A stretch of DNA of 52,694 nt from Eubacteriales bacterium. Lineage in GTDB: Bacteria; Bacillota; Clostridia; Oscillospirales; QAKW01. Position numbers and translations under genes: made by a program. Below, in pieces: positions 8,406 to 17,789 of this stretch. Positions within the stretch are counted from its first letter, which is position 1; each line of letters opens with the position of its first letter. The notes below the pieces were generated by a model, which ran no database searches, was not told where the DNA came from, and was given only the letters and a program-made list of their open reading frames with translations. The stretch lies in contig JAZQDN010000089.1 in the NCBI GenBank assembly GCA_045546815.1, forward strand, positions 1 through 52,694, read 5' to 3'.

Positions 8406-8507
8406 AGTGCTTCTCCTTACTACGCATGGGTTTATAGACTAATGATAACATAGAAAAAAATAAAATACTGCACAAAATTAAACTATTTTTTTAGGCAATA
8501 TGACATT

Positions 8508-8534
8508 AAAAACGGCGGGAGTCAAGCCCCCGCC
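8508..8534 (-). terminator. Terminator after cysS
   Basis: GGCGGG/CCCGCC stem followed by TTTTT on the minus strand. Confidence 0.65.
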
Positions 8535-8542
8535 ATTTATTA

Positions 8543-9940
8543 TTATTTTTTCATAAGAACTTTAACGCCGTCCTTGGTGTCCTCAAGGATAACACCGCGG
8601 GAAGCAAGCTCGTCACGGATTCTGTCAGCCTCCGCCCAGTTTTTGTCAGCTCTTGCCTGCACACGTGCATCAACGAGCGCCTGAACGTCCTCGGGGATTT
8701 CGGCAGGCATATCATTTGTCAAAATGTTAAGCACACCGCAAAGCTCCATAAACTTGGCAAGAACTGCGCTGCAGTACTCTGCCGAGCGTCCGTCGGGCTC
8801 TGTGTTCATTTTGCGTGCCATATCGAAAAGCACCGATACCGCGTCTGCAGTATTAAGGTCGTCATCCATCTTTTCGCAGAAAAGTGTCTTAAACGAATCA
8901 TACTCTGCAAGCGCCTCTGCCTCGCCCTCTGCCATTTTTTGTACCTTTGCCGATTTTGCGGCAAACTGCATATTATTTTTAGCGGTATACAAACGCTCAA
9001 GACCCGCCGCCGAGCTCTCGAGCACGTCAGCCGAGTAGTTTATCGGGCTTCTGTAGTGCGACGACAGCATAAAAAATCTTATCGTCTCGTAGCCGTACTT
9101 CTGCGCCGCGTCGCGAACAGTAAAGAAGTTGCCGAGCGACTTGCTCATCTTTTTGCTGTCAACGTTGATATGACCGTTGTGAAGCCAGAAATGCGCAAAG
9201 TCACATCCGTTAGCCGCCTCTGACTGCGCGATCTCGTTTTCGTGGTGCGGGAAGATAAGGTCAACACCGCCGCAGTGTATGTCGATTGTCTTGCCGAGGT
9301 ACTTGTTAGCCATTGCCGAGCACTCAATGTGCCAGCCGGGTCTGCCCTCGCCCCAGGGCGATGTCCAGTGCGGCTCACCCTCCTTTGCCGCCTTCCAGAC
9401 AACAAAGTCAAGCGGGTCTTCCTTTTTATCATTGACCTCTATGCGAGCGCCGCTCTCGAGCTGTTCAATGGGATAGTGCGACAGCTTGCCGTAGCCGTCA
9501 AACTTGGTCGTGCGGTAAAACACGTCGCCGTCAACCTCATATGCCATACCCTTTTCGATAAGCGTTTCAACCAGCTTTATAATATCATTTATACACTCGG
9601 TTGCGCGGGGGTGTACCGTTGCCTTGCCGACACCGAGACTGCCTGCGTCGTGGTAGTACTCCTCAATAAATCTGTCGCCGAGCTCTTTAACGGTGATGCC
9701 CTCTGCGTTTGCGCGCTTTATCATTTTATCGTCGATATCGGTAAAGTTCTGCACAAAGCGCACCTTTTTACCCGTAAACTCAAAGTAACGGCGAAGAACG
9801 TCAAAGGTGATAAACGGACGCGCGTTGCCGATGTGGAAATAGTCGTAAACGGTGGGACCGCAAGCGTAGATAGTAACGGTGCCCGGCTTTATTTCATTAA
9901 ATTCTTCTTTGTTTCGTGTAAGTGTATTATAAAGCTTCAT
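8543..9940 (-). CDS. cysS: Cysteine--tRNA ligase
   Basis: Class I HIGN (FHIGNARPF) and KMSKS motifs. Start set to MKLYNTLTR at 9940; the upstream 68 codons of the track ORF overlap cysE. Confidence 0.95.
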   Translation of the reverse strand: MKLYNTLTRNKEEFNEIKPGTVTIYACGPTVYDYFHIGNARPFITFDVLRRYFEFTGKKVRFVQNFTDIDDKMIKRANAEGITVKELGDRFIEEYYHDAGSLGVGKATVHPRATECINDIIKLVETLIEKGMAYEVDGDVFYRTTKFDGYGKLSHYPIEQLESGARIEVNDKKEDPLDFVVWKAAKEGEPHWTSPWGEGRPGWHIECSAMANKYLGKTIDIHCGGVDLIFPHHENEIAQSEAANGCDFAHFWLHNGHINVDSKKMSKSLGNFFTVRDAAQKYGYETIRFFMLSSHYRSPINYSADVLESSAAGLERLYTAKNNMQFAAKSAKVQKMAEGEAEALAEYDSFKTLFCEKMDDDLNTADAVSVLFDMARKMNTEPDGRSAEYCSAVLAKFMELCGVLNILTNDMPAEIPEDVQALVDARVQARADKNWAEADRIRDELASRGVILEDTKDGVKVLMKK

Positions 9941-10565
9941 TTTTATCCTCCAGTTTCTTTTCAAGCTTTGCAAGTCGCGATTCCAGCCTGCACAGCTCCT
10001 GTGATACAGGGTCGGGTATATGTACCTGGTCAAGATCCTGCACAGGCACACCGCCGACACGCACAACGCGTGCGGGCACGCCGACCGCCGTCGAGTTTGC
10101 AGGGATATCGGACAGCACCACAGCACCCGCCGCGATCTTGACATTGTCGCCGATGGTTATGGGACCGAGCACCTTTGCGCCCGCGCCAACCATAACGTTG
10201 TTACCGAGCGTCGGATGACGCTTGCCCGTGTCCTTACCCGTACCGCCGAGCGTTACGCCCTGATAAATCACGCAGTTATCGCCGATTTCTGTCGTCTCGC
10301 CGATAACCACACCTGTACCGTGGTCAATGAAAAAGCCCTTGCCGATTTTTGCCGCGGGGTGAATCTCAATGCCCGTTTTAAACTTGCACCGCTCACTTAT
10401 AAAGCGCGCTTTAAAAAGATGGCCTTTCTGATAAGCCTTGTGCGCACGCCTGTACATACGCAGTGCCTTAAAGCCCTTGTACAAAAAGAAAATTTCAAAA
10501 TCACTGCGCGCGGCGGGGTCGCGCTTTTTTATAAAATCAATCTCGTATCTGTATTTGTTAAACAT
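9927..10565 (-). CDS. cysE: Serine O-acetyltransferase
   Basis: SAT N-terminal region plus left-handed beta-helix hexapeptide repeats (GTGVVIGETTEIGDNCVIYQGVTLGG...). Overlaps the cysS start by 14 nt. Confidence 0.9.
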   Translation of the reverse strand: MFNKYRYEIDFIKKRDPAARSDFEIFFLYKGFKALRMYRRAHKAYQKGHLFKARFISERCKFKTGIEIHPAAKIGKGFFIDHGTGVVIGETTEIGDNCVIYQGVTLGGTGKDTGKRHPTLGNNVMVGAGAKVLGPITIGDNVKIAAGAVVLSDIPANSTAVGVPARVVRVGGVPVQDLDQVHIPDPVSQELCRLESRLAKLEKKLEDKNEAL

Positions 10566-10570
10566 AGCTC

Positions 10571-11143
10571 TTATTTCTTCGGGTCAATAAACTGTTTATT
10601 CTGCTTTACATAAACCGCGCCGCTGATAACGGTGAGCACGGCCGATGCCCACAGAACGATATTTGTGATAATGCCGATAACGTTTACAAGCATATCTGTC
10701 GAATAAAGCGACAAGAGGTACTGCGATGCGAGGATATAAATTATGCTCGCCATCTGTGCCACCGTCTTTGCCTTGCCCCAGATGTTTGCGGCAACAACCT
10801 TACCCTTGCCTGCCGAGATAAGTCGGAGTGACGTTATTAAAAACTCGCGTATCAGGATAATAAACGTGATCCACACGATGCCGACACCGATTTTAAGCTC
10901 GATAAATGCAAGAAAAGCCGCCGTTGTCAGCATTTTGTCTGCAAGCGGATCAAGAAACTTGCCAAAATCGGTAATAAGGTTGTATTTTCGCGCCATTTTG
11001 CCGTCGATAAGGTCAGTTACCGATGCGACCGCAAACAGCACAAGCGCCGCAAGAAAATGATGCGGAAACGGTATAAGGAGTGCCGCCAGAAAAAACGGCG
11101 TCATAATTATGCGTAAAACTGTCAGTTTGTTAGGTGTGTTCAT
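10571..11143 (-). CDS. pgsA: CDP-diacylglycerol--glycerol-3-phosphate 3-phosphatidyltransferase
   Basis: CDP-alcohol phosphatidyltransferase motif DLIDGKMARKYNLITDFGKFLDPLADK. 190 aa, multi-TM. Confidence 0.85.
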   Translation of the reverse strand: MNTPNKLTVLRIIMTPFFLAALLIPFPHHFLAALVLFAVASVTDLIDGKMARKYNLITDFGKFLDPLADKMLTTAAFLAFIELKIGVGIVWITFIILIREFLITSLRLISAGKGKVVAANIWGKAKTVAQMASIIYILASQYLLSLYSTDMLVNVIGIITNIVLWASAVLTVISGAVYVKQNKQFIDPKK

Positions 11144-12474
11144 TTTACTGCCTCTCCTATAAGTTCAAAATCCATACACTCGGTGAGTGTAACCTTTACA
11201 ATATCGCCGCTCTTCACAGGGTCAGCCGACGTAAAGAAAATTTTACCGTCGATGTCGGGCGCTTCCATAAAGCTTCTGCCGAAGTAGCACTCGCCGTAGC
11301 GGTCGTAGCCCTCGCAGATAACGTCAAAAGTCTTTCCGATAAGCGCGCTCTGCTTTTTCTCAACAATGGTCGACTGTATAAGCTCCACCGTTTCAGCGCG
11401 CGACGCCTTGATTTCGTCGGGCACCTGCCCTGCCATATCATATGCGGGTGTGTCCTGCTCGGGTGAAAACTCGAACACGCCGAGCTTGTCAAACTCTGCC
11501 GCCTTTATAAAGCTGCACAGCGTTTCAAAATCAGCATCCGTCTCACCCGGAAAGCCCACCATAATGGTCGTGCGCAGCACAGCGCCCGGAATTTTTTTCT
11601 TCAGCTTTTTAACCGTCTGCAACAGCGACTTATCATCACCCGGGCGGTTCATAGACGAGAGCACACTGCCCGATGCGTGCTGAATGGGCATTTCGATATA
11701 CTTCAAGATTTTTTTCTCCGATGCTATGACGTCTGTCAGCTCATCAGTTATTTTGTCGGGATAGAGATACATTATGCGTATCCACTCAATGCCGTCCACC
11801 CTGCAAAGCTCCCTTAAGAGCTGCGGCAGTCTGCGCTCACCGTAAAGGTCGATACCGTAGTTTGTCGTGTCCTGTGCGATAACGATAAGCTCTTTTGCGC
11901 CGTTTTTTGCAAGCGTGTTTGCTTCTTCAATAATATTTTCAATACTGCGTGATTTATAATCGCCGCGTATAAGCGGGATCGCGCAGTAGGCACAGCGGTT
12001 TGAACAGCCGTCTGCGATCTTGAGATACGCCGAGTAGTAGGGCGTTATAAGCATCCGCTCGCCGTCAAGCTGAATATTTGACAGATCGTCAAACATAATG
12101 ACCCGCTCGCCCCCGAGCACCCGCTCAACCGCCTCGACTATCCTGTCAAAGCTGCCGACACCCACAAAGCCGTCGACCTCGTAAAGCTCGTCTGCGATAT
12201 CGTCGGGGTAACGCTGCGCAAGGCAGCCGCACACGATGATTTTTGAAAGCCTGCCCTCTTTTTTGAGTTGAGCTACCTCAAAAATCGTGTCAAGTGCCTC
12301 TTTTTTCGCGTCCTCAATAAATCCGCAGGTGTTTATGACGGTCACGTCTGACAGCTCGGGCTCACCCGTCACGGTGTAGCCCGCGTTTTTAACGCTCGCT
12401 ATCATAATTTCGGTGTTGACCTGATTTTTAGCACATCCGAGTGCTATAAATGCAACAGTTTTTTTATCACTCAA
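11140..12474 (-). CDS. rimO: Ribosomal protein S12 methylthiotransferase
   Basis: UPF0004 N-domain (ALGCAKNQVNTE), radical-SAM CSNRCAYC, C-terminal TRAM domain. Classic position upstream of pgsA. Confidence 0.85.
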   Translation of the reverse strand: MSDKKTVAFIALGCAKNQVNTEIMIASVKNAGYTVTGEPELSDVTVINTCGFIEDAKKEALDTIFEVAQLKKEGRLSKIIVCGCLAQRYPDDIADELYEVDGFVGVGSFDRIVEAVERVLGGERVIMFDDLSNIQLDGERMLITPYYSAYLKIADGCSNRCAYCAIPLIRGDYKSRSIENIIEEANTLAKNGAKELIVIAQDTTNYGIDLYGERRLPQLLRELCRVDGIEWIRIMYLYPDKITDELTDVIASEKKILKYIEMPIQHASGSVLSSMNRPGDDKSLLQTVKKLKKKIPGAVLRTTIMVGFPGETDADFETLCSFIKAAEFDKLGVFEFSPEQDTPAYDMAGQVPDEIKASRAETVELIQSTIVEKKQSALIGKTFDVICEGYDRYGECYFGRSFMEAPDIDGKIFFTSADPVKSGDIVKVTLTECMDFELIGEAVK

Positions 12475-13087
12475 ATTCGTCTGATTCCTTTATTACGTAG
12501 TTTATCGTTTCAAAGTCAAACCCGCGACGTGCAAGCGCCGCGCACAGCTTTGCGCGAGCCTTTCTGTCAGTGAGGTCGACATTTTTCGGAATATGTGTTT
12601 TTATTGTCTCACAAAAATCGGTGTCGAGAGCGGCGATTGCGTTTTGCGAAAGCTCGGCACAAATGCCCTTTTGGTACATCTCCTGCTCAATACGTCTTGG
12701 TCCGTAGCACTTTGTGTCGGCAAGATACTTTGCAAGACTGTGCGCGTAACGCTCGTCGTCAATATACCCTCTCTCACACAGCGCCGCAATACATTCGTCT
12801 GCGACGTCGCCGTCAAAGCCGGCACGTGTCAGCTTTGATTTAAGGGTGCTTGCGCTCATATCACCGTAGCTTAAATAATTATATGCCTTCGCCTTTGCCT
12901 TTACCACAAGCGATGTATGCTCAATGTGCGTAAGCGTATCAACATCAAGCTCCATCCCGATTTTCAGACCCGCGTCAAAGGCGGTGTCCTCCGACACACT
13001 CATCACATAATCGCCGTCTGCATATACGTCAACCATAGCGGGCTTGTCGGGGTTTTGCAAAAGCGCCGAAATTTTACTCGAAGTCAT
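12467..13087 (-). CDS. recX: RecA regulator RecX
   Basis: 206 aa of helical repeats ([21 protein letters not shown]..., [17 protein letters not shown]). Overlaps the recA stop by 14 nt. Confidence 0.7.
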   Translation of the reverse strand: MTSSKISALLQNPDKPAMVDVYADGDYVMSVSEDTAFDAGLKIGMELDVDTLTHIEHTSLVVKAKAKAYNYLSYGDMSASTLKSKLTRAGFDGDVADECIAALCERGYIDDERYAHSLAKYLADTKCYGPRRIEQEMYQKGICAELSQNAIAALDTDFCETIKTHIPKNVDLTDRKARAKLCAALARRGFDFETINYVIKESDEFE

Positions 13088-14171
13088 CTGCGCTTACGTC
13101 AAGTGCGTGTGATGACGGAGCGGGTGCTGCCTTCGCCTTTGCCTTTGTTGTCTTTTCAGCGGGTTTTTCTGCCGCCTGCTCATCAGCGGGCTTTGCGAGT
13201 GCCGCACGGATACGCGCTTCCACTTCCGTTGCGATATCGGGGTTATCCATAAGGAACTGCTTTGCGTTTTCCTTGCCCTGACCGATGCGTGTTTCGCCGT
13301 ATGAGAACCACGCGCCGCTCTTTTTTATTATGCCAAACTCTGCGCCGAGGTCAACAAGCTCGCCGAACTTCGAAATTCCCTCGCCGTACATAATGTCAAA
13401 GGTCGCAACCTTAAAGGGTGAGCCAACCTTGTTTTTAACGATCTTACACTTAACAGAGTTGCCGACGATCTCCGAACCGTTTTTGATTGTATCGGTTTTT
13501 CTGATATCAATACGCACCGAAGCAAAAAACTTGAGTGCGCGACCGCCCGTTGTAGTCTCGGGGTTACCGTAGATAACGCCCACCTTTTCACGAAGCTGGT
13601 TAATGAAAATTACGATACAGTTGCTCTTTGAAATAACGCCCGCAAGCTTACGAAGACCCTGCGACATAAGTCGGGCCTGAAGTCCCACGTGAGACGCACC
13701 CATATCGCCCTCGATCTCCGACTGCGGAACAAGAGCCGCAACCGAGTCGACAACAACAACGTCTATCGCGTTTGAGCGCACGAGTGCCTCGGTAATCTCG
13801 AGCGCCTGTTCGCCGTTATCGGGCTGTGACACCAGCACGTTATCAATATCAACACCGAGTGCCTGCGCATAAACGGGGTCGAGCGCGTGCTCTGCGTCGA
13901 TAAACGCAACCTCGCCGTCACGCTTTTGCGCCTCTGCAAGAATGTGCAGTGCAAGTGTTGTTTTACCCGATGATTCAGGTCCGAATATCTCAATGATTCT
14001 GCCCTTTGGCACACCGCCGATGCCGAGCGCCGCGTCGAGCGCGAGCGAACCGGTCGGGATCGAGTCGACCTTCATATTAAGATTGTCACCGAGCTTCATT
14101 ACAGCACCGTCACCGTACTGCTTTTTGATTTTTGAAAGGGCTGTTTCCAGCGCCGCTTTTTTATCTATCAT
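13074..14171 (-). CDS. recA: Recombinase RecA
   Basis: Unmistakable RecA sequence with Walker [10 protein letters not shown]. Start set to MIDKKAALE at 14171 (AAGGAG upstream). Extended Lys/Ala/Pro-rich C-terminal tail. Confidence 0.97.
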   Translation of the reverse strand: MIDKKAALETALSKIKKQYGDGAVMKLGDNLNMKVDSIPTGSLALDAALGIGGVPKGRIIEIFGPESSGKTTLALHILAEAQKRDGEVAFIDAEHALDPVYAQALGVDIDNVLVSQPDNGEQALEITEALVRSNAIDVVVVDSVAALVPQSEIEGDMGASHVGLQARLMSQGLRKLAGVISKSNCIVIFINQLREKVGVIYGNPETTTGGRALKFFASVRIDIRKTDTIKNGSEIVGNSVKCKIVKNKVGSPFKVATFDIMYGEGISKFGELVDLGAEFGIIKKSGAWFSYGETRIGQGKENAKQFLMDNPDIATEVEARIRAALAKPADEQAAEKPAEKTTKAKAKAAPAPSSHALDVSADDFE

Positions 14172-14211
14172 TTTATATCTCCTTAAAAAGAGTTTATACT
14201 TATACATAGTT

Positions 14212-14240
14212 ATTATATTATTTAATAATAGTAAAGTCAA
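14212..14240 (-). promoter_or_regulatory. Consensus sigma-A promoter upstream of recA
   Basis: Minus strand: TTGACT, 17 nt, TATAAT. Confidence 0.7.
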
Positions 14241-14245
14241 TAAAA

Positions 14246-14268
14246 ATCCACCCGCATAGCGGGTGGAT
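14246..14268 (-). terminator. Terminator after the GH20 pair
   Basis: 10-bp stem ATCCACCCGC/GCGGGTGGAT flanked by A and T runs, immediately after the stop at 14272. Confidence 0.75.
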
Positions 14269-14271
14269 TTT

Positions 14272-15711
14272 TTATTTTTCCTGAATGAGCTTTAAGATTT
14301 TTACAAGTGCGGCTTCGGCTGCCTTTCTCACCGCTCTGCGCTCGCCCTTAAGCTCGCCTGCGTTCCAGGTGCGCTCGGCAAGTGCTGTAGAGTTTTCACA
14401 CGCTCTCGAGATCTCCTGCTCAAAGGTGCACTCCCACACGCACAGAATACCGCCGAGGCAATCGTCCGTAGGCTCGATATTGATGGGGTTGTCGCGTGCG
14501 GGCGAATGCTCCCACCAGTGCTGCCAGTTATAAACGTTCCAGTCGAGAATATCGTTAAAATCCCAGCGCAGTCTCATATTGGGCACGATATACATCGGCT
14601 GCCACGACGCGTTTATTATCTTAAAGCCCTGCTTTAAGAGGTCGGGAGCGAGATTATAGTGCGACTCCCACGCGATAACGATCGTCTCCTTGGGTACGCG
14701 CTCGGCACCCTTTTCGGAAACGCCCTCCCACACGATAGGTGTACAGCCGTGGTCAATTACCATCTGTGCCACGCGCGCCACAAACTCGGCATACAGCTCG
14801 TTTTCGTCGGCAAGTCCGTTGTCCTTCATAAACTGCACGCTGTCCTTGCAGTGATTCCACACCTTGATATTTGCCTCGTCGCCGCCGATATGGATATACG
14901 GTGCAGACGGGAACATATCGCTTATCTCCGCAATCAGCTTTTGAATCGCGTCAAACGCCGCAGGTCTTGCGCACACAATATTATCCGCCTTTACGACCGC
15001 GCCACTCTCGGTGAGCACCGTCGGCTCCTCGCCGTCAATATCAACCCTGAAAATTTCGGGGTAGGCAGAGGTCAGCGCGCGTGCGTGACCGGGCGCTTCA
15101 AACTCGGGCACAACGGTAATGCCGCGCGATGCCGCATAGTCGTTCAATACCGCAATTTCGTCAAAAGAATAGCTTCTGCCCTCTGTCGAAAGCTTGGGGT
15201 ATACCTTTGACGGCAGAGTATAGCTCTGGTCGTCAATAAAGTGCAGATGCAGCATATTTATTTTAAGCATAAAGCAGATATCAACGTATTTCAGCACCTG
15301 CTTCATCGGGTGCCACTGACGCGCAAGGTCAACCATAACCGAGCGGTAAGGCTTGTCGGAGCAGTCGTCGATATGCGCCTTTTGCGACACGATTTCGCCG
15401 CCCGTCACAGACATCGCCTGCAGCGCTGTCGCCATACCGTAGCAGATGCCGCTGTCGGTCGATGCACAAATGACTATCTCATCGTCGGCATCGTAGGTGT
15501 ACGCATCTTTTTTAACAAGCGGGTCGTACACAAGACGCACGCCGCCCTGCTCATTTTTACAGTCCGTATCGTATAATTTGGCAAATATTGTACAGAAAGT
15601 ATTTACAAATTCCTGCCACGGCTGATGGTCGGTATACACAGCCGCGGGTGCTGTCACGGCACCGTCATTTACACTTACTTTTTTTGGTATCGGTATAATA
15701 TTATTAATCAT
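14272..15711 (-). CDS. GH20-family beta-N-acetylhexosaminidase-like protein (cytoplasmic)
   Basis: Motifs [18 protein letters not shown] and HIGGDE (catalytic D-E pair). No signal peptide. Paralog of the next gene. Confidence 0.8.
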   Translation of the reverse strand: MINNIIPIPKKVSVNDGAVTAPAAVYTDHQPWQEFVNTFCTIFAKLYDTDCKNEQGGVRLVYDPLVKKDAYTYDADDEIVICASTDSGICYGMATALQAMSVTGGEIVSQKAHIDDCSDKPYRSVMVDLARQWHPMKQVLKYVDICFMLKINMLHLHFIDDQSYTLPSKVYPKLSTEGRSYSFDEIAVLNDYAASRGITVVPEFEAPGHARALTSAYPEIFRVDIDGEEPTVLTESGAVVKADNIVCARPAAFDAIQKLIAEISDMFPSAPYIHIGGDEANIKVWNHCKDSVQFMKDNGLADENELYAEFVARVAQMVIDHGCTPIVWEGVSEKGAERVPKETIVIAWESHYNLAPDLLKQGFKIINASWQPMYIVPNMRLRWDFNDILDWNVYNWQHWWEHSPARDNPINIEPTDDCLGGILCVWECTFEQEISRACENSTALAERTWNAGELKGERRAVRKAAEAALVKILKLIQEK

Positions 15712-15714
15712 TTT

Positions 15715-17148
15715 TTAGTCCTCTCTCAACAGGTCCCAAAGATTTTGCATTATTTTTTTCATTTTTGAATTAAACTGTTCAAACGTAAGAGTACGTGTTA
15801 CGTTCCAGGTACGCTCGGCAAACGCGCTCGCGTTTTCGGCAAAGGGGCATATCGCCTGCTCGTATGAGGTGGTCCACAGCGAGAACTGTGCGCCCCACAC
15901 CTGCTCTGTCGGCTCGATTGAAATGGGGTTTAGCTTGGCGGGTGATTTTTCAAACCAATGCTGCCAGTTGTACACGTTCCAGTCGAGGATATTCTCGGTA
16001 GTCCAGCGCTTGTGACCCGCGATGTAAAGCGGCTGCCACGAGCCGTTTATAATCTTGAAGCCGTCTTTTAAAAGGTCGGGTGCGAGGTTATAAAGCGACT
16101 CCCACGCGATAACGATAGTCTCCTTCGGTACGCGCCATGCGCCCTTTTTGGGAAAGCCCTCCCACACGATAGGTGTGCGTCCGCAGTCAAGCACATACTG
16201 TGCGACCCTTCCGACAAAGTCGGAGTACAGCTCATACTCGTCCTCAATGCCGTTGTCTTTCATATAGCTGCGGCAGGTCGGGCAGTAGTTCCACACCTTT
16301 ATAAACGCCTCGTCGCCGCCGATATGGATATACGGCGAATCGGGGAACAGCTCCATCATCTCCGAAAGCATAGTTTTTATGCCGTTCATACACTTTTCAC
16401 TGCCCGCGCACACAACGTCCTCAATAATGATCGACGAGCCGATCTCGCTCTTTTCTTCACCGGGGTCGCCGTCAAGCGCGTTGCCGAACACCTCGGGATA
16501 GTGCGTGCCGAGCTGACGTGCATGACCCGGCACCTCAAACTCGGGGATAAGCGTAAGTCCGCGCGCACGCGCATATTCGCGTATCGTCTTTATATCATCG
16601 TAGGAATAATGCTTTTTAGCGGTGATGTTCGGGAACGCCTTTGACGGAATACGGCAGGCGGTGTTGTCGATAAGGTGCAGATGCACAAACGGAATCTTAA
16701 AGTAAAAGCAGACATCCATAAAGCGAAGCACCTGACGCAGAGTGTGCCACGGCACAAGGTCGAGCATAACGGCTCTGTATTCCTTGTCGCCCTTATCTTC
16801 AATATGCGCCTTTTGAACGCGCACGCCGCCCTCACGGCGAATGTAAACAATGCACTGAAGCGCTGTTGCGATGCCGTAGCAGATACCCTCGGTGTCGGAG
16901 GCGGCAATTACAACCTCGTTATCAACGTCGTATGTATACGCGCCCTTTTCGAGCGCAGGATTTTTTACAAGTCGGATACCGCCCTCGCCATAATTCACCT
17001 CACACTCGTGGATTTTTTCAAGCGCGGTCTTTAACACTTCAAGCTGGTCGCGCCACTCGGGCACATCAGTCGTAACATAAGGGTTAAAGGCGATTGTTTC
17101 GCCTGTTATTTCTGATTTTTTCGGAATTGGAATTAAGTTCTCTACCAT
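15715..17148 (-). CDS. GH20-family beta-N-acetylhexosaminidase-like protein (cytoplasmic), paralog
   Basis: Motifs VHLHLIDNTA, EFEVPGHA and HIGGDE. Start set to MVENLIPIPKK at 17148 (GGAGAC upstream) rather than 17220. Confidence 0.8.
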   Translation of the reverse strand: MVENLIPIPKKSEITGETIAFNPYVTTDVPEWRDQLEVLKTALEKIHECEVNYGEGGIRLVKNPALEKGAYTYDVDNEVVIAASDTEGICYGIATALQCIVYIRREGGVRVQKAHIEDKGDKEYRAVMLDLVPWHTLRQVLRFMDVCFYFKIPFVHLHLIDNTACRIPSKAFPNITAKKHYSYDDIKTIREYARARGLTLIPEFEVPGHARQLGTHYPEVFGNALDGDPGEEKSEIGSSIIIEDVVCAGSEKCMNGIKTMLSEMMELFPDSPYIHIGGDEAFIKVWNYCPTCRSYMKDNGIEDEYELYSDFVGRVAQYVLDCGRTPIVWEGFPKKGAWRVPKETIVIAWESLYNLAPDLLKDGFKIINGSWQPLYIAGHKRWTTENILDWNVYNWQHWFEKSPAKLNPISIEPTEQVWGAQFSLWTTSYEQAICPFAENASAFAERTWNVTRTLTFEQFNSKMKKIMQNLWDLLRED

Positions 17149-17181
17149 TGTTTGAGTCTCCTTAGAATTCATTCTACGCCC

Positions 17182-17210
17182 ATTATATATTGGTAAAATG
17201 TTTAAGTCAA
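17182..17210 (-). promoter_or_regulatory. Consensus sigma-A promoter upstream of the GH20 pair
   Basis: Minus strand: TTGACT, 17 nt, TATAAT. About 30 nt upstream of the GGAGAC RBS. Confidence 0.65.
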
Positions 17211-17229
17211 CAAAAAACAAAAAACAAGT

Positions 17230-17478
17230 TTAATTCTGAATAGCCTCAATCACTATTTTTACACCAAGTGAAAAGCCTTTTACAAACGCCTGACGTGTGC
17301 ATATATCCAGCAGTTCGTCATTACAGTCGCAAAGCTTTTCAAATCGTTCTTTTTGCTCCTCCGTCATTGTTTTTTCGAGGCACTCTTCGTTTCTGTCTAT
17401 AAGTACAATAATTTCCTTTTCTTCGTCACACGGCACACTTTCTGGCATATTGTAATATAAATCCTCGATAATTTTCAT
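17230..17478 (-). CDS. Small cytoplasmic protein. It resembles a short Clostridial family I recall as DUF6809, but I am not sure of that name.
   Basis: 82 aa. AAGGAGG RBS. Pattern LYYN..P......E...EKTMTEEQKERFEKL....ELL.....AFVKGFSLGVKIVIEAI. Confidence 0.55.
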   Translation of the reverse strand: MKIIEDLYYNMPESVPCDEEKEIIVLIDRNEECLEKTMTEEQKERFEKLCDCNDELLDICTRQAFVKGFSLGVKIVIEAIQN

Positions 17479-17508
17479 AATTCAGCCTCCTTTATGAAAT
17501 ATACATAT

Positions 17509-17537
17509 ATTATCACAAAAAAATCACAATATTGTAT
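17509..17537 (-). promoter_or_regulatory. Extended -10 promoter for the 82-aa gene
   Basis: Minus strand: TGtGATAAT with a weak -35 (ATACAA) at 17-nt spacing. Confidence 0.4.
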
Positions 17538-17580
17538 TTTACTCAAAAGCTGAGTGAAAAATTTTTCAGAATGCTTTTCA

Positions 17581-17777
17581 GGCTCCACTTGTCAGGGGAG
17601 CTGTCTGCGTAGCAGACTGAGGGGTAGTATACATTTTACAAAATCATAAAAACCGCACTGTTTTTATTGGTGTATACCAACTTAACCAGTACGGTTTTTA
17701 AAATCACAGTATATTAAAACTACCCCTCAGTCTTTTTGCCTAACGGCAAAAATCCAGCTCCCCTGACAAGTGGAGCC
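17581..17777. repeat. 197-bp nested palindromic element made of two inverted copies of a GGCTCCACTTGTCAGGGGAGCTG-[hairpin]-CTGAGGGGTAGT unit
   Basis: The left unit is 17581-17628. The right unit, 17719-17777, is its reverse complement except that the internal mini-hairpin is replaced. The central 90 nt carries its own imperfect inverted repeat (AAAACCGCACTG / CAGTACGGTTTT). Confidence 0.85.
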
Positions 17778-17789
17778 GATGAAGAAAAA

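Noticed and set aside
9242-10141. Long ORFs antisense to clearly identified genes. Examples: 9242-10141 in cysS, 17979-18791 in mnmE, 6025-6555 in the ABC gene, 24680-25141 in pgeF, 32914-33438 in prfB, 34597-35109 in lepA, 39922-40461 in U32, 46325-46825 and 47210-47770 in nagA/nagB, 48508-49035 in AGE, and 51490-52191 in the lipoprotein gene.
   Set aside because: They have no RBS and low-complexity Arg/His/Cys-rich translations. They fully overlap genes with strong family motifs, so they are typical shadow ORFs of the coding strand.
9941-10144. 5' extensions of track ORFs: cysS to 10144, recA to 14240, GH20 to 17220, the orphan to 19789, yidC to 21747, GH78 to 36230, the aldolase-like gene to 49508, and the lipoprotein to 52641.
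   Set aside because: The internal Met codons are preceded by GGAGG-type RBSs and match the family N-termini. The extensions overlap upstream genes or terminators.
14172-14271. Looked for a LexA/Cheo box (GAAC-N4-GTTC) in the recA leader.
   Set aside because: No GAAC...GTTC element is present. Only the promoter and RBS are recognisable.
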